From the NCBI GenBank assembly GCA_028285595.1, contig JANQOW010000053.1, positions 2,079 through 66,078 on the forward strand: a stretch of DNA of 64,000 bases. The letters run 5' to 3'. The stretch comes from Hyphomicrobiales bacterium (GTDB lineage: Bacteria > Pseudomonadota > Alphaproteobacteria > Rhizobiales > CAJQND01). A model generated the notes under the pieces. It had not been told where the DNA came from. It did not search any database and worked only from the letters and a program-made list of their open reading frames with translations. Shown here in pieces: positions 56,718 through 64,000 of this stretch. A program made the translations under genes and the position numbers. The first letter of the stretch is position 1. Every line of letters begins with the position of its first letter.

Positions 56718-57599
56718 GTGAACGATAATCTGCTGAGAGTGAAGCCGTCCCCGATACCCCCAATCAGTCCGGTGCCGGAATATCTCGTGGACGAGGCGTT
56801 GGCCGCCGTCTACGACGACACAAAATCGGTCCTGCAAGTGCCGTGGATGGGTGTTGTCACCATGGCCTTTGCTCATTATCGGACCTTCTATGAGACCTTG
56901 TGGACAGGGCTGCGAGAGCTGGCCGGCAGCAGAGAGTTCATCACTGCCTGCAGCACTTTAAGGCAAGCGGCTGAGCAAGAGGCCGGCGGACTTGGTGCCG
57001 GCCAGCTTTCTGAGAAACTGGGCGCTCACGGATTTGCTGACCGCGAACTCTCCGAGATCCGCGAGCAGATCGAAATTTTCTCCCATGGCAACATGCCCTA
57101 TCTGCTCATCGCCACAGCCGCCCGTTTGCTATTGGAGGGGCACGAGCTCTCCGCCGAGAGCAAAGTCACCCCGCTCAGACAACACCACGGGCCATCGACC
57201 CAAAGCCGACTGACATTGATAGAAGCACATCATGCGGATGCGCCCACGCGGGCTGTCTATGAGGAGGTCAAGGCCACGCTCGGGCTTCCCTTCGTCAATA
57301 CGGATTACCGCGCCTTGGCGCGCTGGCCGAGTTATTTCGCAATGGCCTGGAGCGATCTTCGCCCGAAAATCGCAACGGCCAGATATCGTACCGCTCTCGA
57401 CAACGTTCACAACGTTGCCACCAGCCTCATGCAGGAGACGCCAAATCCCGGACAGCTTACCCCGGAGAAACTGCGCGCTGCCGCCGCACAGGACGGCGAC
57501 CTTGATGAAATTGTCAGCGTCGTTCAGTTGTTCCAATGGCTGCTGCCGGGCCTCGTGGTGAACGTTGCCTACTTCCGCGCGCAACTCCGCCAGAGCTGA
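56718..57599 (+). CDS. DehI-like (halocarboxylic acid dehalogenase group I fold) protein, tentative
   Basis: 293 aa with a GTG start. An internal duplication is offset about 150 aa: AVYDDTKSVLQVPWMGVVTMAFAHYRTFYETLWTGLRE versus AVYEEVKATLGLPFVNTDYRALARWPSYFAMAWSDLRP. This matches the two-repeat architecture of the DehI family as I recall it. Confidence 0.45.
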   Translation: MNDNLLRVKPSPIPPISPVPEYLVDEALAAVYDDTKSVLQVPWMGVVTMAFAHYRTFYETLWTGLRELAGSREFITACSTLRQAAEQEAGGLGAGQLSEKLGAHGFADRELSEIREQIEIFSHGNMPYLLIATAARLLLEGHELSAESKVTPLRQHHGPSTQSRLTLIEAHHADAPTRAVYEEVKATLGLPFVNTDYRALARWPSYFAMAWSDLRPKIATARYRTALDNVHNVATSLMQETPNPGQLTPEKLRAAAAQDGDLDEIVSVVQLFQWLLPGLVVNVAYFRAQLRQS

Positions 57600-57655
57600 C
57601 ATCACGCTCACCACACCCAATCCAGCTCAGTCCCTCGCTTGCAGCTTTCGCTGAC

Positions 57656-59254
57656 CTACGTAAACGCCATATGCCTCACAACCGGCAGGTGACCATCTTT
57701 TTGGAGATCTGCAATCTTACTTTGCAGCGCCTTGTCCTCTTCGGAAACGCGATCGTGATGGCGTAGATGATCGGTCCATGATGCCTCGAGCCATGTTTCC
57801 ACGAAGCGCTGCCCATTCTCCACATCGCGCACCAATGTCCAGCGAAATGCACCGTTACGCTTGCGCGCCAAGCGAAGCTGCTTCATGAGCTCAAGAAACG
57901 AAGACTGTTTGTCCGCCGCAACGCTGTACTCCACTTGGATCATGATCGGCCCGCCAAACTCCTCTGCCTCAGCATCCAGAATTGGTTGAGGCCAATGCAT
58001 GGAAGGGGCAAGGTCAAGAGCCTCACCAAGATTGAGCCTCGCTCGCCACACAAGTGGGATCAGGAGAACGGCGCCCGTTGCCGCAATGAGCAGACTTGAG
58101 CTGATGCCGTAGAGCTCAGCCACCTGGCCCCAGATGAGGCTACCGGCAGACATGGCCCCGAAAAAGACAGTCAGGAAAAAGGAAAGACCGCGTGCTCTGA
58201 CCCAGTCCGGCAGAGCGGTTTGAGCCGAGACGTGAAGGCTTGACAGCACAGCGATCCACGAGAGGCCTGCGAGTGCAGACGCGCCAACCGCGAGCACTTG
58301 GTTGTCCACCAGGGCAAAGATGGCCAGCACGACGGCCGTACCGAGCGTGCCGCCAACCACTGTTCTATCTGCACCCAAGCGCTTCTTGAGGGTGGGCAAG
58401 ACCAATGCTCCCAGTACGGCACCGGCACCAACGGATCCGAGCAATATGCCATAAAGCGTTGGTCCGCCGGACAGAGTTTGCCGGGCGACAAGCGGCAGGA
58501 GCGCCCAATAAGCGCTTGCAAACAGAAAGAACGCAGCGGCCCGGATAAGAGTTGAGCGCATTGGCCCGCTGTTCGAAACATAGCGCCATCCGGCCACGAT
58601 AGCATTGCCAACACGCTCGGATGGAAGGGTCCGCTCTGGCGCTGCCGGCGGTTTCCACCAGAGCAACGCAGCAATAATCACGGCGAAACTTAGGGCGTTC
58701 AGTGCAAACGGTGCCCAGACCCCAATCGCAACGATGAGGGAGCCAGCCAACGCCGGTCCGATTGCACGGCTCACATTGATCCCTGCCGAATTGAGCGAGA
58801 TGGCCGCAGAAAGGTCTGATCGCGGCACCAGAGAAGGCACGATCGCTTGCCACGCCGGCGCCATGAACGCAGCCGCGCTCCCCAACAAGAATGTGAAGCC
58901 GATCAGCAATGCCGGCGTCATCAGGTCTAGTGAGACCAGTATCGCCAGGGACCCAGCGGCAGATGCCGCGAACAGGTTGATACAGATGAGCAGACGGCGT
59001 CTGTCGAGGATGTCTGCGAGCGCGCCGGCGAGCAAGGCAAACAGAAAGACCGGAAGCGTCGTCGCGGCTTGAACACCTGCCACGGCAACCGGAGAGCTAG
59101 ACAGTTCGGTCATCAGCCAGCCGGCGCCCACATCATGCATCCACGTGCCCACGTTTGAGATCACTGTGGCGACCCAGAGGACAGCAAAGGCACGGTGCCC
59201 GAACGGAGACCAGGGCGATGGTTTTGCAGGCACAGTCTGACCGGCTGCCGTCAT
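57656..59254 (-). CDS. MFS transporter (MFS_3/EntS-like) with a C-terminal soluble ~110-aa extension
   Basis: N-terminus FGHRAFAVLWVATVISNVGTWMHDVGAGWLM and roughly 12 helices. The soluble tail (IMIQVEYSV...FVETWLEASWTDHLRHH) resembles an ABM/dimeric alpha-beta barrel domain. ATG 59254 is verified; ORF-track start 59464 is rejected. Confidence 0.8.
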   Translation of the reverse strand: MTAAGQTVPAKPSPWSPFGHRAFAVLWVATVISNVGTWMHDVGAGWLMTELSSSPVAVAGVQAATTLPVFLFALLAGALADILDRRRLLICINLFAASAAGSLAILVSLDLMTPALLIGFTFLLGSAAAFMAPAWQAIVPSLVPRSDLSAAISLNSAGINVSRAIGPALAGSLIVAIGVWAPFALNALSFAVIIAALLWWKPPAAPERTLPSERVGNAIVAGWRYVSNSGPMRSTLIRAAAFFLFASAYWALLPLVARQTLSGGPTLYGILLGSVGAGAVLGALVLPTLKKRLGADRTVVGGTLGTAVVLAIFALVDNQVLAVGASALAGLSWIAVLSSLHVSAQTALPDWVRARGLSFFLTVFFGAMSAGSLIWGQVAELYGISSSLLIAATGAVLLIPLVWRARLNLGEALDLAPSMHWPQPILDAEAEEFGGPIMIQVEYSVAADKQSSFLELMKQLRLARKRNGAFRWTLVRDVENGQRFVETWLEASWTDHLRHHDRVSEEDKALQSKIADLQKDGHLPVVRHMAFT

Positions 59255-59255
59255 A

Positions 59256-60104
59256 CTACTGCTCCAAGCTCGACACGGGTTGGACCCGCGATGTGAGTGT
59301 GACGCGCAACCCGGGCACGAGCGTGCCGTCAGGATTGGGGAACTCCCCCCAGACCGTAATGCCGCCAGCTCTCTCTTCGATACGTGCGCTTTCATAAAGG
59401 GCCCGTCCGGCTTGAGGATAGATTTCGCCGGACGGCAGACGAAGACCGAGCTCGATTCTATCAAACAGCTCAGTTATGGACTTAACACCGGCAACCTGAA
59501 GCGCGCGCTGACGGTCCGCATAGCTCACGGTGTAGGACACCAGCACCGGATCAAGCGTGTTCATCTCCATCAGAACAGTGCCCCCCTCGGCTTCAACATA
59601 TGCACCTTGTGAAACGCGCACAGGTCCAACCGTTCCGGTTATGGGGGATCGTACCTGTGTTCTGGCTAAAGCGAGTTCCGCCTTTTTTAGGTTCGCCCAT
59701 GCACGGTCTCTTGCGGCCCTAGCGATTGCTGCCCCGAGCTGGAGATCGCGGGCCGCAGCCTTGGTTGCTGCACCTGTGCTCGCAAGCCGTTGCCGTCTCT
59801 CGGCACTCTCCTCAGCTTGCGCTTGGCGCGCCTCTGCTTCGCTCAGCGCTGCCTTGGCGATGGCAAGCTCGATCTCCGCGTCGGTGTCCTCTAGCGAAGC
59901 CAAAAGCTCCCCTGCCCGGACGCGTTGCCCCGGCTTAACATGGATGCGCTGGACGACACCATCAATTTGATTGGCAACCTGCACCGTCTGGCGCGGCGCA
60001 ATCACGCCATCGAAGGTGAATTCGGCAGCAGCCGCGGCCATGCTGAAGACTGCAAATGCAAGGATCGAGAGCGCGGCGCCGCCTATGGTTCGACGAAGTT
60101 TCAT
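59256..60104 (-). CDS. Periplasmic adaptor (HlyD/membrane fusion protein family), short form
   Basis: Signal/anchor sequence, a lipoyl-like hairpin (VQRIHVKPGQRVRAGELLASLED), a short coiled coil and a beta-barrel domain. Its stop lies 1 nt before the MFS start. Confidence 0.75.
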   Translation of the reverse strand: MKLRRTIGGAALSILAFAVFSMAAAAAEFTFDGVIAPRQTVQVANQIDGVVQRIHVKPGQRVRAGELLASLEDTDAEIELAIAKAALSEAEARQAQAEESAERRQRLASTGAATKAAARDLQLGAAIARAARDRAWANLKKAELALARTQVRSPITGTVGPVRVSQGAYVEAEGGTVLMEMNTLDPVLVSYTVSYADRQRALQVAGVKSITELFDRIELGLRLPSGEIYPQAGRALYESARIEERAGGITVWGEFPNPDGTLVPGLRVTLTSRVQPVSSLEQ

Positions 60105-61837
60105 TCTGCGGCGATCGCGTTGTCCCGGCCACCCGGCACACCAGGAGCCCCAAACACAGGCACCGGTGACCAGTCCGGCAGCTCCGGCAATGCCGCGGGC
60201 GCATGAGCTGCAAAAGCTCCTTTTGCGTGGACGATATGTCCGCCGCTTAAAGTCAAATCGGCGGAGATATCGGCAATCTCATCCTCCGCGACTGTGAAAT
60301 AGTCACGGTCAAGCACGGCTATATCTGCAAATTGTCCTGGCTTGATCTGCCCCTTAAGCCCGGCTTCGCGACTGAACCACGCACCAGCAGCGGTCCAGTG
60401 ATGAAGCGCTTCCTCCCGGCTTAACCGATTTTCACTTCCCCAGATCACGTCGCCTCCACGGCCCTTACCCGAAACCGCCCAATGGATCGCCAGCCAGGGG
60501 TTATAAGAAGACACCCGTGTAGCATCTGTCCCAGCGGCCAACGGTACACCCGAGGCGATCATCTTGCGCACAGGCATAACCTCACGCAGCGCGGCTTCAC
60601 CATACCGATCGCGATAGGCCGTCGCTTGGAAAGCGATGCGGTTCTGGTAGGAAATGCCTCCACCCAGCCGAGCGACCCAGTCCATAGTGCTTTCCGAGAT
60701 GGTCTCACCATGGTCGAAGATCCAGTTGAGATCTTCAAGCCCCTTATCGCGGCCCACCTCCTCCAATACGGTCAGAAGGCGATGTGCGCTCTCCTCATAA
60801 GTACAGTGGAAGCGGATTGGCCAACGGTTATCCAACAGGAACTCCAAAACGGGGCGCAGGTCATCTTCCATGCGCTTGGGCAACTCCGGCCGAGGGTATG
60901 AAAAGTCCTCAAAGTCATAGGCCGAGGCCACCAGCATCTCGCCGGCACCAACACATTTAAGATAGTGATTGCCTTCATCGGGTTTCACAATGTCATTCCA
61001 GCGCTTGAAATCGTCGAGCTCGAGGAGCGGACGCTGCGCAAAGAGCTGGTAGCCGATCCGCACGGTCTGCTCGCCGCGCTTGTTCAGCTCCGTGATAACG
61101 CCATAGTCATCCGGATAGTTCAGGAAGCCGCCTGCACAATCAAGCGCCGACGTCAGACCTAGACCGTTCAGCGCGCGGAAATAATGCTTGGTGGAGAGGA
61201 TCTGCTGCTCCATGTCCAGCTTGGGCGCCATATCGAGCAGCGCGTAGAGCGGTTGAGCATTCGGTCGCGCCATGGCCAGACCGGTAGGATTGCCCTGGTC
61301 ATCGCGCTCCAGGCGACCTGAAACAAACGGTTCGTAGAAATGCTTGTCGATCCCAAGCGCCCGCAACGCAGCTTTGTTCAGCCAAGCCCGATCATAGAGA
61401 TGCAGCACGTAGACCGGCACCTCCGGGGAAACGGCGTTTATCTCATCAAGCGTCGGCAAGCGCTTCTCCGCAAACTGGTCTGCCGACCAGCCGCCCACCA
61501 CCCGGATCCACTGGCCTGCGGGGGTCCGTTGAGCCTGGGCCTTCAGCATAGCCAATCCGTCCGCCAGCGAGGGCACATGGTCCCAGCGCAATTCCATGGC
61601 GAAGTTGTTGCCCTGGCGGATGATGTGGGTGTGACTGTCGATCAAGCCTGGAATGACGCGCTGGCCCGCCAGATCTATCGTCTTTGCGCCCGAGCCAGCC
61701 TTGTCCATAACCTCCCGATCTGTGCCAACGGCCTCAACCAACCCGTCCCGGATGGCAATGGCTTGTGCATGTGGAGAGTCCGGGTCCATGGTGCTGATGC
61801 GTCCATTGTACAAAATGAGATCCGGGTCGTCGCTCAT
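60101..61837 (-). CDS. Amidohydrolase_3 (YtcJ-like) family metal-dependent hydrolase
   Basis: 578 aa with ILYNGRISTMD...VIPGLIDSHTHI and a C-terminal AGTDA. ATGA overlap with the adaptor gene. Confidence 0.8.
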   Translation of the reverse strand: MSDDPDLILYNGRISTMDPDSPHAQAIAIRDGLVEAVGTDREVMDKAGSGAKTIDLAGQRVIPGLIDSHTHIIRQGNNFAMELRWDHVPSLADGLAMLKAQAQRTPAGQWIRVVGGWSADQFAEKRLPTLDEINAVSPEVPVYVLHLYDRAWLNKAALRALGIDKHFYEPFVSGRLERDDQGNPTGLAMARPNAQPLYALLDMAPKLDMEQQILSTKHYFRALNGLGLTSALDCAGGFLNYPDDYGVITELNKRGEQTVRIGYQLFAQRPLLELDDFKRWNDIVKPDEGNHYLKCVGAGEMLVASAYDFEDFSYPRPELPKRMEDDLRPVLEFLLDNRWPIRFHCTYEESAHRLLTVLEEVGRDKGLEDLNWIFDHGETISESTMDWVARLGGGISYQNRIAFQATAYRDRYGEAALREVMPVRKMIASGVPLAAGTDATRVSSYNPWLAIHWAVSGKGRGGDVIWGSENRLSREEALHHWTAAGAWFSREAGLKGQIKPGQFADIAVLDRDYFTVAEDEIADISADLTLSGGHIVHAKGAFAAHAPAALPELPDWSPVPVFGAPGVPGGRDNAIAAE

Positions 61838-61923
61838 GGTCGGGCTCCCGCTGGGTGTGTGAGAATTGGATGCGGAGGGCCAACCGGTGCGCTTGCGGCA
61901 CGCCGGCTGGCGTCGGTCGGGTT

Positions 61924-62604
61924 TTATGCGGCCTTTGCGGGCTCAAGCATCGGACCATGTTCGATGCGCTCAGGCGCTTTATGGACCATGGTGTAGGCGT
62001 AATCGACGCCCATGCCATAGGCGCCGGAGTGTTCGCGAACGATATCCATGACCGCATCATAGGTGTCGCGACGCGCCCAATCGCGCTGCCATTCCAAGAG
62101 CACTTGTTGCCACGTCACCGGCACCACGCCAGCTTGGATCATCCGTTGCATGGCAAAGTCATGCGCCTCAACGGAAGTTCCACCGGAAGCATCGGCCACC
62201 ATATAGATCTCATAGCCCCCACCCAGCATGGCGGAGAAGGCGAATGAGTTGTTGCACACTTCGGTCCAAAGACCGGACACGATGATTTTCTTGCGTCCGT
62301 TCTGGGCCAAGGCATCGCGCACCTTCTGGTCGTCCCACGAGTTCATGGACGTGCGCTCCAGAATAGGGGCTTCCGGAAACACCGAGAGCAATTCAGGGTA
62401 GGTGTGGCCGGAGAAGCTCTCGGTCTCCACGGTGGTAATTGTTGTCGGGATGTTGAAGACCTGGGCAGACTTTGCCAGAGCCACAGTATTGTTCTTCAGG
62501 GTTTGTCGGTCGATCGACTGAACACCAAAAGCCATTTGCGGCTGGTGGTCGATAAAGATCAGTTGGCAGTTCTCAGGGGTCAGCAGCTCGAGTTTCTCGC
62601 TCAT
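61924..62604 (-). CDS. Isochorismatase family cysteine hydrolase (YcaC-like)
   Basis: N-terminus LIFIDHQPQMAF and the nucleophile region GLWTEVC. ATG 62604 is preceded by GGAG. Confidence 0.85.
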   Translation of the reverse strand: MSEKLELLTPENCQLIFIDHQPQMAFGVQSIDRQTLKNNTVALAKSAQVFNIPTTITTVETESFSGHTYPELLSVFPEAPILERTSMNSWDDQKVRDALAQNGRKKIIVSGLWTEVCNNSFAFSAMLGGGYEIYMVADASGGTSVEAHDFAMQRMIQAGVVPVTWQQVLLEWQRDWARRDTYDAVMDIVREHSGAYGMGVDYAYTMVHKAPERIEHGPMLEPAKAA

Positions 62605-62729
62605 ATTTATCTCCAATCGAGGTCTTAGAGGCCAAAACGGCCAGGCAGAATGCGTTTGTCGTGATACCCAGCTAGGTGTGATCCAGCCTCCGGATCCACA
62701 AACGATTAGTTCTTGTTCTGAGGCTTAGG

Positions 62730-63671
62730 TCAGCTAAGGCTTAAGAAGTCCGGAAGCGCACTTTCGGCGATCTCGGCTTCTTGCTTGATCCACTCAAGGA
62801 ACGCTTCGATGGCCGGTGTTTCTTCGGCACCCGCCTCGCACACCGCATAGTAATTGAGATCCAAATCGAAGCTCGGACCAAACGGGCAGATCAACCGTCC
62901 AGCCTGTAGATCGTTTGCAGCCAAACCCACGCGGCCAAGCAGAACACCTGATCCGCCAACCGCAGCATCTATTGCCTGATCGCTATAGGAACTGAAACGA
63001 GTGCCACGATTAGCACCGGCAGGATCCAGACCGGCGCTGGCAAACCAGTCCGCCCAAGAGGGGATGTTTTGAAACCACGTCGTCAGGCTTTCATCGTGGA
63101 TGAGTGGAGCCCGCTGAATGTCCTCAGTAGAGCGCAACGCCAAGCGGTCCGCCAGCCCGGGGCTGACCATCGGAACAAGCCGTTCGGAGTTAAGCCAAAC
63201 CGCGTGGAGATTGCGGTCTGGCTGATTGCCGAATCTCAAGGCGATGTGCGGTCCCGTCGCGCTGAGCGTTTCAATGTCGAAACTGGCATCGATTTGAACA
63301 GCAATGTCTGGATACACATCATGAAACCGGGACAGTCTCGGCGCCAGGCACTTGGTGGCCAAAGGACCGCTGCACGTGATGGACAATGTTTCGCTCTCCG
63401 GGGCACGCACGGCTTCCACCGCCACGCGCATCTTCATGAAGGCTTCCGTTAAGCCGCTCTGAAGCCGGCGCCCCTCTCGCGTGAGCGCAACTGATCTTGC
63501 CCCCCGATTGAAGAGGGGCACTCTGAGATCATCTTCAAGCGCCCTGATCTGCTGGCTGACGGCAGCCGGGGTTACGGCCAACTCGTCTGCGGCAGACTTG
63601 AACGATGCGTGGCGGGCTGCGGCCTCAAAAGCGCGCAGCGCATTTAGCGGGGGAAGACGGCGGAGCGGCAT
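62730..63671 (-). CDS. LysR family transcriptional regulator (GcvA-like)
   Basis: HTH LPPLNALRAFEAAARHASFKSAADELAVTPAAVSQQIRALE. Confidence 0.9.
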   Translation of the reverse strand: MPLRRLPPLNALRAFEAAARHASFKSAADELAVTPAAVSQQIRALEDDLRVPLFNRGARSVALTREGRRLQSGLTEAFMKMRVAVEAVRAPESETLSITCSGPLATKCLAPRLSRFHDVYPDIAVQIDASFDIETLSATGPHIALRFGNQPDRNLHAVWLNSERLVPMVSPGLADRLALRSTEDIQRAPLIHDESLTTWFQNIPSWADWFASAGLDPAGANRGTRFSSYSDQAIDAAVGGSGVLLGRVGLAANDLQAGRLICPFGPSFDLDLNYYAVCEAGAEETPAIEAFLEWIKQEAEIAESALPDFLSLS

Positions 63672-63751
63672 GGCGCTTTCTTCTACTACTCAATGTGTTG
63701 CGCGTCGGGGCAGCGAGGTAGCACCACCCCGCGCACAACATGTTTGCTCGG

Positions 63752-64000
63752 TTAATAGGGCAGATCGAAAAGCAGGAACTCGGTGCTGTCCTGTGTTGAA
63801 AAGGTCAGCTCACCGGGCTCGCTAAAGGACAGGGCATCTCCTGCAATAAGGGTTTCCTCACCCACATTGAGCGATCCGGAGATCACCTGAACCCAGACCC
63901 CGCGCCCGTCCGCCACTTGATGGCGAACCAGCGCATCACCTGACAGGGCAGACGCATAGAGTTCCACATCCTGGTGAATTGTCACCGATCCATCACGGCC
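63752..64000 (-). CDS. Pirin family protein, C-terminal part (truncated by the window edge)
   Basis: The C-terminal cupin HQDVELYASAL...RGVWVQVISGSLNV...GDALSF...EFLLFDLPY is typical of pirin/YhhW. The reading frame continues to the window end. Confidence 0.75.
   Translation of the reverse strand, partial: GRDGSVTIHQDVELYASALSGDALVRHQVADGRGVWVQVISGSLNVGEETLIAGDALSFSEPGELTFSTQDSTEFLLFDLPY

Noticed and set aside
22719-64000. Whether the accessory 22.7-64 kb region is a mobile genomic island
   Set aside because: I could recognise no integrase, transposase, tRNA/tmRNA attachment site, flanking long direct repeats or conjugation genes. Base composition looks similar to the core part. It is better described as a chromosomal catabolic gene neighbourhood.

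Overview
High-GC alphaproteobacterial chromosomal window (gene order resembles Rhizobiales/Rhodobacterales; taxon not determinable from sequence alone). Positions 1-22.7 kb are a conserved housekeeping backbone: ybaB-dnaX with an SRP RNA hidden under the over-extended dnaX ORF, nudC, pheA, kdsB, a membrane-anchored cytochrome c, a yejA-yejA-yejB-yejE-yejF ABC importer, a 2-hydroxyacid dehydrogenase, asparaginase-II/DUF1638, tlpA, argH, an unannotated LptM-like mini-lipoprotein, lysA and a TIGR02302/DUF4175 membrane protein. Positions 22.7-64 kb are a dense accessory catabolic region with four LysR regulators. I could not recognise any integrase, transposase, tRNA, CRISPR array or defence gene there. 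The strongest candidate for an undescribed system is a duplicated LysR / non-pyrrolysine MttB-family methyltransferase / MmgE-PrpD module (38.0-50.4 kb). One copy is expanded into a tightly coupled five-gene operon: MttB, DAO-type FAD oxidoreductase, StcD-like FMN/FAD demethylase, PrpD-like protein and RidA. No corrinoid protein, activase or methyl-acceptor gene lies anywhere in the window. The second notable locus is a putative Zur-box-controlled zigA-DUF1826 unit. It is followed by a class-III-type Zn alcohol dehydrogenase that keeps its catalytic Zn ligands but has lost two of the four structural-Zn cysteines. Product calls rest on motif and family recognition by eye. Start codons were re-evaluated because the ORF track also uses GTG/TTG starts and often over-extends N-termini.
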